From: Barthelona sp. PCE
Taxonomy: Eukaryota
Reading direction: 5' to 3'
Length of the DNA: 64,000 nucleotides
NCBI GenBank assembly: GCA_040285745.1
Contig: JAUFOR010000001.1
Coordinates: 868,001-932,000 of the forward strand
Positions 20,240-31,476 of this stretch are shown here, in pieces. Numbering within the stretch: position 1 is the first letter of the stretch; every line of letters begins with the position of its first letter. The notes beneath the pieces are model-generated. The model was not told where the DNA came from and did no database searches. It saw nothing but the letters and a program-made list of their open reading frames with translations. The position numbers were made by a program, and so were the translations under genes.

Positions 20240-22252
20240 ATGTCGAACTATAGAGCGGAATTATTCGCAAACCTTCAGTTCTCGTTCATAGTCGGCTATG
20301 TTCCCCAGAACGAAGATAGTTCTGAGATTCTCTTTAATTTTCCTGACGTTTTGGGCGAGAATATTGCTCCTACCATCCTAAGCGCAGGTACATTTTTTGA
20401 GATGTTCATCAGAAGCACTCTTTTCCAGTTGAACTCGAAGGGAATTGACTTGTTTATTCCCAAAGTATATTCTTTCCAGAATTTCAGATTAGCTGTGTGT
20501 CGATTCCATAAGAATATATACGGGGCCCTCTCTCTTTCAATGTTTTATACACCAGAATACTGTTTACGACTAATGCAAATGATTTGTGATTTTCTCTTCT
20601 TAACAAAGTCGTCACTTGATCTCACGTTCACTATCTTCAACAACCAGATCGAGTCCTTCAAAGAGGAGGTGTTCAACTCTGTATCACTGACCGTGAGCTT
20701 AAAGAATTTCTTATCATCCCTGCTGAAGCACCTTGTTTTTCTTCCATGCACATTCCTTCCCATACAGTATCACAAATATGGGCCCAGAGACACAGCTCTC
20801 CACACGCTGTTGAAAAGATCGTTTACGGATTTGAAGAAGCGGATTCCTTCTGTCCTGGCTGCTGGTGTCATCCATCAACGTGATGTTGTCTACAGCGAGG
20901 TCGACGCCTACACTTTGAGGCTCCTCACACCGTTTATCGAGTATTACTCATCGAAATCGGCATCAAGCGATTCCCAACTGGTGTTTTTAAACGCCAGTAC
21001 GATCAAACGTCTGACTGACATGGGTGTGGAGCTCCCCCTGGAGTCCATGCTTGTGCTGCGTGGAGACGCCGACGTTAACATGGAACTTGCTGAGCTTGCT
21101 TTCGGATCCCTTGTCTCAGTAGCATTACTGAGTGATACAAAGCGTGTAGTGGAATATGACGACAGCCCCATCCGCGTCAGCGCAAGAAGGAGGCTGAACG
21201 TCGCCCCAATGAATTTTCTGAACACATCCAGCGACGAAAAGAGGTTGATTCTGCGTAACGCGATTTTGCAACAGTGGAAATCATCAGACATCGGTTCTGT
21301 CGCCGTCGCCGTCCTACGTGTCAGGTCCTACGGCGACTACTCGTCATTCTGCCTTATGCACCCTGATTCTGTTGGAGACCAATCATCAAAGACTGTTGTT
21401 CTTCTTTTGAACAGTATCTTGCGTCGTTTGTCTGCAGAATTCGTCCCAGACCCGATCCAGCCCAACTTGAGCCCAGTGTCATTCAAGGAGCACTCTCCCC
21501 CAATCATCAAAGCACTACGTGATCAGTACAGCGATGCTCTTGATTACAATTACTATTCTTTTAACTCAATCACGCAAGCAATAACCTCCAACTGCCTGAG
21601 TTTCTCGAGGCCGCTCGAGTGTTTGTTCAACTTTAGCAAGCGCACGGGTTTGGATTTCTATCACACAATGCATTCTTCCAGGCGGAACAACGCAAAACTA
21701 TCCCACTACCACGCAGTGAAGGACTTCTATCCCATCCTCCAGTTGAACTCGGTCATTAACCCCATTGATGAAGAGAACCCGTTGGAGTCGTCTAAGCAAT
21801 CATCTTTCATTGTTAATGCAAGCCACCTACACATGCGTATGAACGATAGAAGCGTCCCTGTGTCGGATTTCTTCAGCGTGACGGGCGGCACCCCAAACCC
21901 ACCAGCTCCGTATATTGAGTGTCAAGATGAAGACGTTGAAAACGCAACAATTTTCCCCAAACAGGAGTTAGGCAATCCCATGTTAAAGGACGGGTTGGAA
22001 GCCGCCAAGTACAGGCTCCACAAGTTCTATATGGCCACAAAGACAAGAAAAGAAACTGTTAAGATGATGAAGCCCAGGAAAATTATTTGTGGTTCTATCA
22101 GTGAAGTTTTTGTGACGATGAATGCAAGCAACGTTGAAAGTACTGTACACCTCCACCTGAACGGTAATAAGCTCACAGATACACTCATTGCTTCTGCTGA
22201 GAATATTGCACGTGATGTTATTGCACGTGAAAATGGCATGAATATGTTTTAG
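20240..22252 (+). CDS. Hypothetical protein, possibly longin-domain (CCZ1/HPS4-like)
   Basis: Long ORF with first ATG at 20240; N-terminal FIVGY...EILFNFP resembles the start of a longin domain. Confidence 0.55.
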   Translation: MSNYRAELFANLQFSFIVGYVPQNEDSSEILFNFPDVLGENIAPTILSAGTFFEMFIRSTLFQLNSKGIDLFIPKVYSFQNFRLAVCRFHKNIYGALSLSMFYTPEYCLRLMQMICDFLFLTKSSLDLTFTIFNNQIESFKEEVFNSVSLTVSLKNFLSSLLKHLVFLPCTFLPIQYHKYGPRDTALHTLLKRSFTDLKKRIPSVLAAGVIHQRDVVYSEVDAYTLRLLTPFIEYYSSKSASSDSQLVFLNASTIKRLTDMGVELPLESMLVLRGDADVNMELAELAFGSLVSVALLSDTKRVVEYDDSPIRVSARRRLNVAPMNFLNTSSDEKRLILRNAILQQWKSSDIGSVAVAVLRVRSYGDYSSFCLMHPDSVGDQSSKTVVLLLNSILRRLSAEFVPDPIQPNLSPVSFKEHSPPIIKALRDQYSDALDYNYYSFNSITQAITSNCLSFSRPLECLFNFSKRTGLDFYHTMHSSRRNNAKLSHYHAVKDFYPILQLNSVINPIDEENPLESSKQSSFIVNASHLHMRMNDRSVPVSDFFSVTGGTPNPPAPYIECQDEDVENATIFPKQELGNPMLKDGLEAAKYRLHKFYMATKTRKETVKMMKPRKIICGSISEVFVTMNASNVESTVHLHLNGNKLTDTLIASAENIARDVIARENGMNMF

Positions 22253-22367
22253 TTGAATCAGTGTGTAATATGGTCTATATGGTCGAGTACATCTGTATAA
22301 ACCGACATTTGCAAATAAAAGATAATTGAATCGTTTGTTTTCCCATTATTATCTATTTTCATACGCA

Positions 22368-23867
22368 ATGACGATCGCAAAGGTCCGAATTTCATCTGCG
22401 TCGGGGTTCAACCACATTGTTCGTGAACGAGGATCTTTAGAATTGCATATTCTTCATAATTCATTAGTTGTACATTCATTTAGGAATATAGTCCCCACCA
22501 GCTCGCCAGCTATTCCACATATACCCATAAGTGTTTCCATACAGAAGGGTAAAGCAAATACCTTCAACGAATTGTTGCAGAAAAACACAGTTTTGGAAAT
22601 TCTGCTTGTTTACAAGGAGGGAGAGGTGCGACAACTGGTGGGGTGTGCACAACACAATCTGCTAAACTCTTTATTTAGACCGGATATGACGCTCACATTG
22701 TGGAAACCCGCACAAAAAGTTTCTATTGGTGTTTTGGAGTTGGAAATTACATTTGATGGAATCCCAGACACAGAAATCATCACAAGCGCGGAGATAGATA
22801 GGGTTATATCCATGGAAAGTACTGAGAAAAGCAACAGAAAACAAGAATTTTTCTCCCGCATCGAAAAATTTTTTAACAATCATAAAGATATAGTATCTTT
22901 AGTACCTTCGACCCTGTTCACCCAGGATATATATGGAGAGCGTGTTTTCAGAGGTGCAATGCTTAGTGAAATTGTTTCAACCGAACTTATATCAAATCTT
23001 CAATGCAAGAGATATGTGAGTCTTCTTTCTGCTCGATCAGAGACTGTAACAGCGCACACCCAAGGCCCGTTGACGAGTTTAGTGGTTGGATCTGCATCTT
23101 TTACTGAAAAATCACTGATTCTGTTTGGCTTCATGATGGGTTGCGGTTTTTCTCCGGTTCTCCTAGTGTGCAACGGAGGTGCCCGACTTTACGTGGCGAC
23201 CATCCGTGGTGGCTCATTTATCATATGGGATGCGGCAGATAACAACCGCTTTCTGGCACTGGATGCTGAAGCATGTGAAGCTTCGAGACTGAGATCGATA
23301 GAAGCGTCGATCGACCCCTGTTTTCTGCGTGTGTTTAAGCGCCCGGTCAGCCCTCAGTATATCGATGCAGTCTGGGAGGATAACAATGAGTATTATGACT
23401 TGAATATGAGAAATAAGAGTTTAGCAGTTCATGACTTGGAGCCTATCATGCGTACTTCAATCCCGAACCACACACTCGATGCGGAGCTCAACGAGAGGCT
23501 TGAGACGCTGAGGAGTATTTCACAAATGGGAACTAAGCCGTTGAAACCTCAAATTAAGAGACTTTTGAATGGTATTGTGCATGCTTATGAGCAAAACGCA
23601 TTATATGGCATCCATGCAGGCATGATTGATGTTGAGAGAGCGATAGCCGACCATATACCTGCAAACATGGCGTTCAGTGCTGTACCTGTATTCTTCAACC
23701 ACGGTAACGTAACACAGATTTTTGACGACCTAAAAGCGGATGAATCGCTAAACGCACTATTTATGGACCGAGAACTGTTTGGAGTCTCAATTAAAGCTCA
23801 TGTTTTTGAATATCCGCTTGGGCAACGCGCAGTTTGGGTTGTTGTTGGTGCTATATCCCCAAGCTAA
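22368..23867 (+). CDS. CEP76-like protein (C2 + transglutaminase-like + C-terminal domain)
   Basis: C2-like N-terminus, KRYVSLL, EKSLILFG, C-terminal AVPVFF...AVWVVVG. Confidence 0.7.
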   Translation: MTIAKVRISSASGFNHIVRERGSLELHILHNSLVVHSFRNIVPTSSPAIPHIPISVSIQKGKANTFNELLQKNTVLEILLVYKEGEVRQLVGCAQHNLLNSLFRPDMTLTLWKPAQKVSIGVLELEITFDGIPDTEIITSAEIDRVISMESTEKSNRKQEFFSRIEKFFNNHKDIVSLVPSTLFTQDIYGERVFRGAMLSEIVSTELISNLQCKRYVSLLSARSETVTAHTQGPLTSLVVGSASFTEKSLILFGFMMGCGFSPVLLVCNGGARLYVATIRGGSFIIWDAADNNRFLALDAEACEASRLRSIEASIDPCFLRVFKRPVSPQYIDAVWEDNNEYYDLNMRNKSLAVHDLEPIMRTSIPNHTLDAELNERLETLRSISQMGTKPLKPQIKRLLNGIVHAYEQNALYGIHAGMIDVERAIADHIPANMAFSAVPVFFNHGNVTQIFDDLKADESLNALFMDRELFGVSIKAHVFEYPLGQRAVWVVVGAISPS

Positions 23868-23910
23868 CTTTTATGTAATAAATTTAAACTGTTTACTGAC
23901 AATTTTTCGA

Positions 23911-26900
23911 TTAATACGTGGTAAAATCGACATTCGGGGTGAGTGATGACAGATTTGACAACGCGCTGGGTACGTATGGGGTTGATGTATCGTGAACAGA
24001 CACTGTGGCAGCGACATACACCCATACTGATATTGTATTCTTCAAATATGGTTTAGCGTAAATCGAGATAGCGAACTCAACCGTTCTTGCATCACATTGA
24101 TGAATCTGCAGCTGTTTGACAGCCTCTATGATGGTTTCGTCGTCTGTATAGCTCAGATTAATACAAGCGCCGCTAAGATTATAATTGTTCTGGAGCTCTT
24201 GCAAAACCTGGTTTTCGACCTTCAAATCATTCTTGATGCGTCCTTTCAGTGCAAGGGCCTCCAACTTAACCAAAACCTCGCGCAACTGTGACGCTATCAT
24301 GGCATTGAAATGAGTTCGCCTATGTTTGCGCCATCTAGAATACTTCCTCTTGATTTTGTTTCGCAAACCGTCCTCCAGTTCAAACGCAAACGCGTCCACG
24401 TTGGTGAGCATTGGATATCGCAACTCCGGCGGTTGAGCCGAAACAAACTTCGGTCGCTCTTCCTCTGGCTCTGTGAAAAATGGTTTCCATGCTCTTATGT
24501 TCTCAAAGTCCATATTTGTCTCGGACAGAGCCTTCTTATCCGACTGCGTGTTGAGCAAGATCTGCTCGCTCGATACAATGCAGTCTATGCGGGATAGAGG
24601 GCAGAACGGATCATCCAAGGAGAATTGAAGACCACGACTCGGATCATATATGCGGAACGTGCCCTTCTCTGTGCGCACAAGCACAAGAGCCACATCACCG
24701 TGTACAGCACTGCGACCAAGCAACAGAAATACAGAATATGATGGTTGAAGATATCGAACGAAGTTACAAAAGAGAATAGCGTGCTCCTCATCATCAGCCG
24801 CTCCCAAATCTATGAACTCCTGACTGTTCATCCACACCTCCTCGTGGCCCACAAAGCTCACAGAGTCTGCTATATAAGGGATCATGCACACGAATCTGAA
24901 GGCGCTGTGCATTGATAGGAAATTCTGCGGCGGTTTCAGGGGGCGCAGATATCGGCATATGAATGTACCCGCACCATTTAAGTCCGACACGAGCACTCTT
25001 GCGTTGCGGAAAGAAGATCCACGGCCGAGAAGATAACGCTCCATGAACTTGGCCGCCTTTGTGGTAAGTTCAGCGTTCTCCGCCGTATATTTCAGAGAAA
25101 ATGTCTCTGGGAGTGCGGGAAGCGTCGGATGCACTGTTATAACAAACGTTAACGTCGTCACCTCCTTTGGAACGTTGAACCCGAGCAGAAACTCTGGCCT
25201 GGAAACAGGAATTGTGGCCTCAAGATGGCCTCCGCTCTCGTGCACGATATTAAAGGGGATGGAGACCTTGCCCAGCCATCGTTTCTCATAGCGAACGTTG
25301 ATGGTGTTCTCCTCGCGGTCGTCTTGCTGGTTTCTGAAAATCTGGAGATCAAACAAGTTAAAATCAATCGTGGACTCGAGCTGGCTTAGAACCAGGGGCG
25401 TAACACGCCCCTTGCCCAGGGTTTCCTCATCAAATTCCAACTCTAATGTCGAAAACCAGCTTACCCCTGATCCCACAGCGGTGCTAGTCTTCCTCGTTGA
25501 TCCCTGGAACGATACTTCAATGAAGGGGACGACACTGCGGATGTCTTGCGATATACCATCGCTTCTGACAGGCTTGGATATCGAAGAGCCGGACTCTCTA
25601 AAGTCCCTGGTTGGTATATTGTTCGATCTAATGACCTGGACCACCAGCCGAGGCTTGTCACTCGACATCGCGGTCACGATCTCTGCTTCTGGATATAGCG
25701 GACGATTTGAAGAGAAGAATCTGGCCAACACATCAAGGAAAGATCCTTCGCTTTCGGGGGCAGGTGGCTCACTAACAATATCCGAGTACTGAATTGTCCT
25801 CCTGTCAAGAAGGGCGCGGGCCATGCGACTCGAACGAATACGCTGCAGGAAGGAGGACACCTTTGCCTTGTGTGTCTTCGATTTGCTTTGCGTAACATCA
25901 ACGTCATCAGCCAAAACCGCCTCGCTGAGATTTGCACCGTCAAGCGGTACAACAAAATCTGAAGGGAGACGCCCAGAGGCTCTCATATTGAGCGCACGGA
26001 GTCTCATCGGGTCTGGGTTTGACGTTGCGAACACTGGATTGATTTTCTCCAGAATCGACGCTGGGATCTCGCTAGCCTTTGGCACCTGCAGCGCGGCACT
26101 GCGGGGGTCAAGAGGATCCACCTTGAACGCATTCATTTGTGGTGGTAAAAACTCGGTTCTCATAGGATGAGGGAGGTCTGCACGTGACCAGCCAATGGTG
26201 GTGTTTACGACACCCTCGATCCTTTCGATTGCTGGTTCTGCTACGGTGGCTTCTTCTTGTGTGGTTTCCGCTGCTGCTGCTGGAGGTTCGAGATCAATGA
26301 CAACTTCGCTATTGGTCGTTTCAGAATTGAATGAAGTCTCTATTGTAACAGGGTAGAAACTGCGCAAAGCGAGGCTCGACACACCGGGGATCTGCACGGG
26401 TATCGACGCGATCAGATCGCTAAACGGTAGTAGGGGCATACGTTTTCTCCTGAGCTCCAAATTCATCTGTTTGGGTAGAACGAAGAAAGTGACAACCAGC
26501 CGCTCGTTGAAGACGAGACTTCCGTCCTCCTGCAGCATCTGGGACGATGAACAGCATACCTCACGAGCATCAACAACAACTCTGACAAAATATCGATATC
26601 TCGAAAGCTGCTGCTCCTGTGGGGGAACGTGTTTGATCTCAACCTCAGGACCTAACCTTGCTGTGGCGTTCCTAAGCGCAGCACGTGTCTTTCTGATGAA
26701 CGAGATGCGGTCTCCGAATGTTTTTGTGAGAAGAGTAACGTCTCGCGGTAAATACTCTTTCTTTTCAAGTCTACGCGCCACATACTCTTCAAGGGTGTTT
26801 AATAGGATCAGGCGCTCTTCATAGTCCTGCACGATGTCCTTGTTGAGAGGTACATCGATCGATTTTGAAGGATGAAACTTGACATTAACAGGAGAGCTGT

Positions 26901-27930
26901 TCTCGCCTCCCTTTTCCATAACGCATGTCTTCATCCTTGCCCATAGTTGTGCGATCTCGCTTCGAATGCTGACAGTGCGGTGCTCTGCCTCAGCTAGACT
27001 ATCGTACACACACAACACTGATAGCAAACCGTCTTGTAAGCGTATCAGCTCTTCAATTGATAGCTGAGCCATATCCAGCTCTCCTCGGAGCCCCAGTTGT
27101 GTCTCAACCTCTGTAATGCGCTCATAATACGCGCGTGCCAGTGCTAGACTCTCCACGTGTTTCAAATCATTCACCAATTTTGCAACACGAACGCCCAAGA
27201 TTTTTTCTTCGTCCAGCATCGTATGAGACGTCAGGTTGATTGTGTTAAGCGCGTAGTGCAGTGAAATGTTGGTGCCACTCTTTGCTGACTCTAATCCGCT
27301 CCTATAAATAACGCGGCGTCGCTTCAACTTCAAATCGTCTGGCTGTGCTTGGCTATACTTGCTCCGGAGCATCATGTGGTGGAAAAGATCGTAGTTCACC
27401 CTTTGTAACCTCCCACTGAGATCGAAGAACTGTGTTGACGATCTTAGCCGATGCTCCATGAAAGACAAGTTCGATTTTAAAACGGGGAAGTGTTGCATCA
27501 CCGTAAGGCCTTCTAGTGCCTTATCACGCCTCAAAAACTCCTGGTATTCGTCGCTCTCCTTCCTGAACAGCTGCTTTGGTACATCAATAACTTTCTCTTC
27601 CAGAAAAATCTGCTTAACCTTTGGTGTGAAGATAGGGTGAGTCATAAGTAACACGCTGCGGTCGAGATTTGGCGCCACCTCTGATCCACGTTGCTCTTCA
27701 TTCTCCGATTTCATTGCGGGGGTTGTGAGCTCCAGATCTTGAGATTTGTTGACTCCCTTTGGTGTCTCTAGCTCAAGCTCCTGCGATTGCCCCAGTTCAG
27801 GAACCGTTTGCAGTTGTGTTAAAGCAGAAACTGTGCTGCTTCCAACTGGTGTTGCCGTTCCCCTTCCATTATTCTTTCGTCGCCTTCGTCTGCGTGATCC
27901 TCTTGTGCTTTGGCCCTGTGATGTTGACAT
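23911..27930 (-). CDS. CC2D2A: CC2D2A/MKS6 ciliary transition-zone protein
   Basis: DPLDPR, C2 domain (VPFIEVSFQG...EKRWLGKVSIPF), FICRYL, FVCMIPY, EEHAILFCNF, ISVWVYVA; likely start at 27930. Confidence 0.88.
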   Translation of the reverse strand: MSTSQGQSTRGSRRRRRRKNNGRGTATPVGSSTVSALTQLQTVPELGQSQELELETPKGVNKSQDLELTTPAMKSENEEQRGSEVAPNLDRSVLLMTHPIFTPKVKQIFLEEKVIDVPKQLFRKESDEYQEFLRRDKALEGLTVMQHFPVLKSNLSFMEHRLRSSTQFFDLSGRLQRVNYDLFHHMMLRSKYSQAQPDDLKLKRRRVIYRSGLESAKSGTNISLHYALNTINLTSHTMLDEEKILGVRVAKLVNDLKHVESLALARAYYERITEVETQLGLRGELDMAQLSIEELIRLQDGLLSVLCVYDSLAEAEHRTVSIRSEIAQLWARMKTCVMEKGGENSSPVNVKFHPSKSIDVPLNKDIVQDYEERLILLNTLEEYVARRLEKKEYLPRDVTLLTKTFGDRISFIRKTRAALRNATARLGPEVEIKHVPPQEQQLSRYRYFVRVVVDAREVCCSSSQMLQEDGSLVFNERLVVTFFVLPKQMNLELRRKRMPLLPFSDLIASIPVQIPGVSSLALRSFYPVTIETSFNSETTNSEVVIDLEPPAAAAETTQEEATVAEPAIERIEGVVNTTIGWSRADLPHPMRTEFLPPQMNAFKVDPLDPRSAALQVPKASEIPASILEKINPVFATSNPDPMRLRALNMRASGRLPSDFVVPLDGANLSEAVLADDVDVTQSKSKTHKAKVSSFLQRIRSSRMARALLDRRTIQYSDIVSEPPAPESEGSFLDVLARFFSSNRPLYPEAEIVTAMSSDKPRLVVQVIRSNNIPTRDFRESGSSISKPVRSDGISQDIRSVVPFIEVSFQGSTRKTSTAVGSGVSWFSTLELEFDEETLGKGRVTPLVLSQLESTIDFNLFDLQIFRNQQDDREENTINVRYEKRWLGKVSIPFNIVHESGGHLEATIPVSRPEFLLGFNVPKEVTTLTFVITVHPTLPALPETFSLKYTAENAELTTKAAKFMERYLLGRGSSFRNARVLVSDLNGAGTFICRYLRPLKPPQNFLSMHSAFRFVCMIPYIADSVSFVGHEEVWMNSQEFIDLGAADDEEHAILFCNFVRYLQPSYSVFLLLGRSAVHGDVALVLVRTEKGTFRIYDPSRGLQFSLDDPFCPLSRIDCIVSSEQILLNTQSDKKALSETNMDFENIRAWKPFFTEPEEERPKFVSAQPPELRYPMLTNVDAFAFELEDGLRNKIKRKYSRWRKHRRTHFNAMIASQLREVLVKLEALALKGRIKNDLKVENQVLQELQNNYNLSGACINLSYTDDETIIEAVKQLQIHQCDARTVEFAISIYAKPYLKNTISVWVYVAATVSVHDTSTPYVPSALSNLSSLTPNVDFTTY

Positions 27931-28203
27931 ATAATATGAAAAAAGATGTGAAATGGACAAGAAAACAGAAAACACCTTTATCTACGAATTTACTGACTTT
28001 GCTGGACCTACTGTGAGTCGCAATTGGCTAAAGTTCAACAATAACTTGACCAAACATGAGTTTCGAATGCCTATGAAACCCTGGGAAAGTCAACCAATGA
28101 ATTTCTCGTTTAGGGTATAGTAAGCCTTTAATGCTGGCTCAAAGCACGCTTAATGACCTTTATCAGTAAAAATATCAGATTTATTAAATACATTGGAAAA
28201 AAA

Positions 28204-28806
28204 CTAAAATCTCCTTCCATTATTATCGGAATCAAGTCCTACAGCAATCATTCCTACAACACTAATTAGCATCATGCCCTCGACCAATCCTAACAACATC
28301 CATCCTGCATTAGTAGGGCTATACCTGATGCACTTATAGATATTCAGTGAATTCACATCATCATAAAGTATCTCAGGCCTAATATCTAACGCCCTATTGA
28401 CGTAGCATATAATAGCAAGAACCCCATAGACTATGAAAGGAATCTCAAGTCCAATTAGAATTTTTCTTGCAACGGCAACTTTTTCATCCATTTTGTATGC
28501 ATTCCTAACTGAAGCAAAGAAAAATCGAATTGCATGAACAACAGAAAGATTGACAACGATGAAACATATGGGCTTGCTTTCCCAAAAAATGAGACATGCG
28601 GCTTTGGCTATGAGCATAAAAAAATCTGAAAGAAAAAGTTTTGGGCCCCCCCATTGACCAATAAAAGTCCCAAAGAATGAATGTAAGAACAGTAAGACCA
28701 TTTTAATAGGACTTTCAACGGGAATTTCACCATCAACATGCACAACATCAACACCACCAACCACAGGTGCAGTAGGTTCAAAATCATTTGTTGGTGCGCT
28801 TGCCAT
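28204..28806 (-). CDS. Multi-pass membrane protein, short paralog of the adjacent gene; start uncertain (frame open to at least 28989)
   Basis: Shares PTAPV, SPI, GTF, ICY.NR, N.LN.Y.CI and EG.ML motifs with 29049-30239. Confidence 0.6.
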   Translation of the reverse strand: MASAPTNDFEPTAPVVGGVDVVHVDGEIPVESPIKMVLLFLHSFFGTFIGQWGGPKLFLSDFFMLIAKAACLIFWESKPICFIVVNLSVVHAIRFFFASVRNAYKMDEKVAVARKILIGLEIPFIVYGVLAIICYVNRALDIRPEILYDDVNSLNIYKCIRYSPTNAGWMLLGLVEGMMLISVVGMIAVGLDSDNNGRRF

Positions 28807-29048
28807 TGATGTACCGTGCTCGCCGCAATCCAAAAGTGACTGCCGAAAGCTTGGTTCTTGCTTGTGATTCAATAAAACAAAATCTTTCCCTGCGTCATCC
28901 AAGTCTATGGATAAATCTGGTACAACAGGAAACTCTGTGCCTACTGTTGTTGGATCACTCCCAGCTGAAACTTCAAAATCAGATGAAATTGTTGAGAATA
29001 AAAGGAAAAATTTGAAAACGGGATCTAATTAATATTTACAAAAATAAT

Positions 29049-30239
29049 CTACACTGGAACGACCTTACCCTTCTTCTTTGTTGCAGTGGCTGAATGTTGT
29101 TCAACAAAAGCACGGTATTGCTCACCACATTTTTTGAATGACTTCAACAATGCAGCTATGAGCCAGTAAATAACAAACAACGCAAGAATACCTCCACTAA
29201 ACCGGAGAAAACTTTGAAAAACAACACCAATGGAGAAATCCAAATCATCAGTTTCCAAAAAATAGTACTTGAAGCCTAAAAATCTCAAGCAGAACTTACC
29301 AATAACACCAATAGGGTACATTGATGTGAAAGCAACTTGTACAGCAACATAAATATCACCAATGGTCTCGTGAGGTAAGCCATAAAGATGGTCAAACATC
29401 TCATAGACAATGGTGGTTGATGTAAAGACCCAAATCAATGAGAGAGCACTGGTCAATGCCAATGCAACGATTCCCTTATTGAATATTATACATGCAATAG
29501 TTAGGTAAACTGCAAGAATATGTAAAAAATAAGCTAATCTGTATCTACTTTGCCTTTTCAACGGGTTGGCCTTGCTTCTCTCCTTCAAATGCTTATTGAT
29601 CTCCTTGATATAACCATATTGATAAGCAAACAATATCAGATTAACAAATACTGCCCACCCAAAAAAATTAGCAAGCACGGTGAAAAGCATAAGGCCTTCA
29701 ATAAATCCCGATAATAAAATCAGGTGGGCCACCTTAGGATCCCAATTTATGCAGTCATAATAGTTTAATGTGTTTGGGTTATTATAAACAGAAGAAGAAA
29801 TATTGACCATTCTGTTTGAGTAACATATAAATCCAAAGACGGTAAATAAAGCAAATAGACTGGTTATGATGGTACATATGATGCGCACTGCATTAAAATC
29901 TTTTCCTAATTTGATATATCTATACATATAAAAAAATGAAAAATGCACAATAACAAAGAAAAAGAGCTTGTTGTATTGAATTACGGAAAATATCAGAAGA
30001 GCTGCAACAATGAAGTCAAAGACTTTGAGAAAAGTTTCAGAACTGAATATATTCTTGAAAAATGTTCCAATATTCATTCTAATAAAGGTAAAAAACATAA
30101 AAATTGGGCTGACTTGAACATCATCATCAATGTAAACTGTTGTTGTGGTGTTATGAGGCATTACAGGTGCAGTGGGTACATTTAAAGAAGGTACAACTGA
30201 AGAAGTCGGAACAACAGGTGCATTTGGGATGGATGCCAT
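29049..30239 (-). CDS. Multi-pass membrane hypothetical protein; start uncertain (30239 or 30338)
   Basis: Long hydrophobic ORF with many TM segments. Confidence 0.7.
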   Translation of the reverse strand: MASIPNAPVVPTSSVVPSLNVPTAPVMPHNTTTTVYIDDDVQVSPIFMFFTFIRMNIGTFFKNIFSSETFLKVFDFIVAALLIFSVIQYNKLFFFVIVHFSFFYMYRYIKLGKDFNAVRIICTIITSLFALFTVFGFICYSNRMVNISSSVYNNPNTLNYYDCINWDPKVAHLILLSGFIEGLMLFTVLANFFGWAVFVNLILFAYQYGYIKEINKHLKERSKANPLKRQSRYRLAYFLHILAVYLTIACIIFNKGIVALALTSALSLIWVFTSTTIVYEMFDHLYGLPHETIGDIYVAVQVAFTSMYPIGVIGKFCLRFLGFKYYFLETDDLDFSIGVVFQSFLRFSGGILALFVIYWLIAALLKSFKKCGEQYRAFVEQHSATATKKKGKVVPV

Positions 30240-30922
30240 GGGAATACCCTGAGCAGAGGCCAATGAAACGTCGGTTATGTAAAGAACGCTGGATAAGCTG
30301 GAGAAAATGAAAACGAACTTTATATGTAGTCTGACCATCTCAAGAACAAAAAATGCTAAATTCACAGTAGTCTAACACAAGTTAAACTGTCATTTAAACC
30401 ACATCTGTTAAAAGACTAAAACTTTTACAAAAAATCCTAAACATGTTCATTTTTCTTCTTCTTTGAATTGTTTGTGATGTGTACTGAAGCAAAATAGTGG
30501 CAATTTTTTGTAATATGTACGAAAAACAAATTCAAAACCTAAAACAACCACATTTAATTGACTACATCACGTTCTAACATTTCCATTTTGTCGATATATT
30601 CGTACGACTAAGGGATGCAGCCATATAAATTCTTGATCAGTGATCCTGCGATTTGATACCGTAAATATGCCCTGAATAGATAAAATGACCTCATATGAAC
30701 CTGGAAATCAGTGCCCGTTGAACTTTCCTCTCGATATATTGGTTAACAGAACTTTGCATTTGATGATTTAGGTAATTTTAAAAATTACGGAGTGTTCAAA
30801 AAAGAATTGACGCATTCAACAGTTTGAATAAAGTAAACATGAAGTTTAATAGCCCTACAATGCGGTCGTAGTATGCTAAATACACGTACAAAATGTTTTA
30901 ACTTTTGCTACCTTTTATCACC

Positions 30923-31045
30923 ATGGGATTTGCAAAACAGTTCAAAGCAGTCTTTATCGTAAGGTACAAAGATTCGATTCTTCGAAAGAAGGCCTTACTA
31001 TCTCAACTAGCAACAACTTTATTGTTTACTGCAATCTTTATTGGT
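30923..31045 (+). CDS. ABCA transporter, N-terminal 41 codons upstream of the retrotransposon
   Basis: MGFAKQFKAVFIVRYKDSILRKKALLSQLATTLLFTAIFIG is a typical ABCA N-terminus/TM1 and joins in frame to 37132 once the element is removed. Confidence 0.88.
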
Positions 31046-31175
31046 GACATACAGGCGCTAGCCTTCAGACTTTATACTTGAGGTAGTAAACAGCGGAGGG
31101 GGACGAAGCGAACCGTCATGTGTAGTAGGTGTCCGTAGGACCCGATACGGTTTTTCTTACCTTTTTCAAAAAAAA
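31043..31175 (+). repeat. Split direct repeat A1
   Basis: Identical to 36896-37029 except the terminal A-run (8 vs 9). Confidence 0.97.
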
Positions 31176-31212
31176 TCTTACTTTAGTATTGCTGCGCAAG
31201 AAATTAATTGCA

Positions 31213-31476
31213 ATGACATACTTTAGAGCGGAAAGGCAAACGAAAGAACAAGTTGCGCGCGCTATCCAGCATAGATGCGAGACGTATATTGCGCGCCTGA
31301 GTGTCGTGGTTATGGAGACCTTGTGCAAGGTCCACGAGGCGGATCCCGCCGGTAAAGCCCACTTGATTGAGGCTCTCCCGAGTTACGGGTGCGGCGAGTA
31401 CGCCGACGTAATGCTCTCACCGTGCGTGTTGAGCGAGGACTTCCGGGGGGTGGTTACAAGCATTGGGCGAAGATGA
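31213..31476 (+). CDS. Element ORF0 (87 aa), unknown function
   Basis: First ATG after A1; overlaps the open frame of ORF1. Confidence 0.45.
   Translation: MTYFRAERQTKEQVARAIQHRCETYIARLSVVVMETLCKVHEADPAGKAHLIEALPSYGCGEYADVMLSPCVLSEDFRGVVTSIGRR

Noticed and set aside
30772-30788. GTAATTTT-A-AAAATTAC palindrome upstream of ABCA
   Set aside because: AT-rich and expected by chance
31120-31162. GTGTAGTA (U2-like) and CTTACCT (U1-like) words in repeat A
   Set aside because: Short matches without any other snRNA context; compatible with chance
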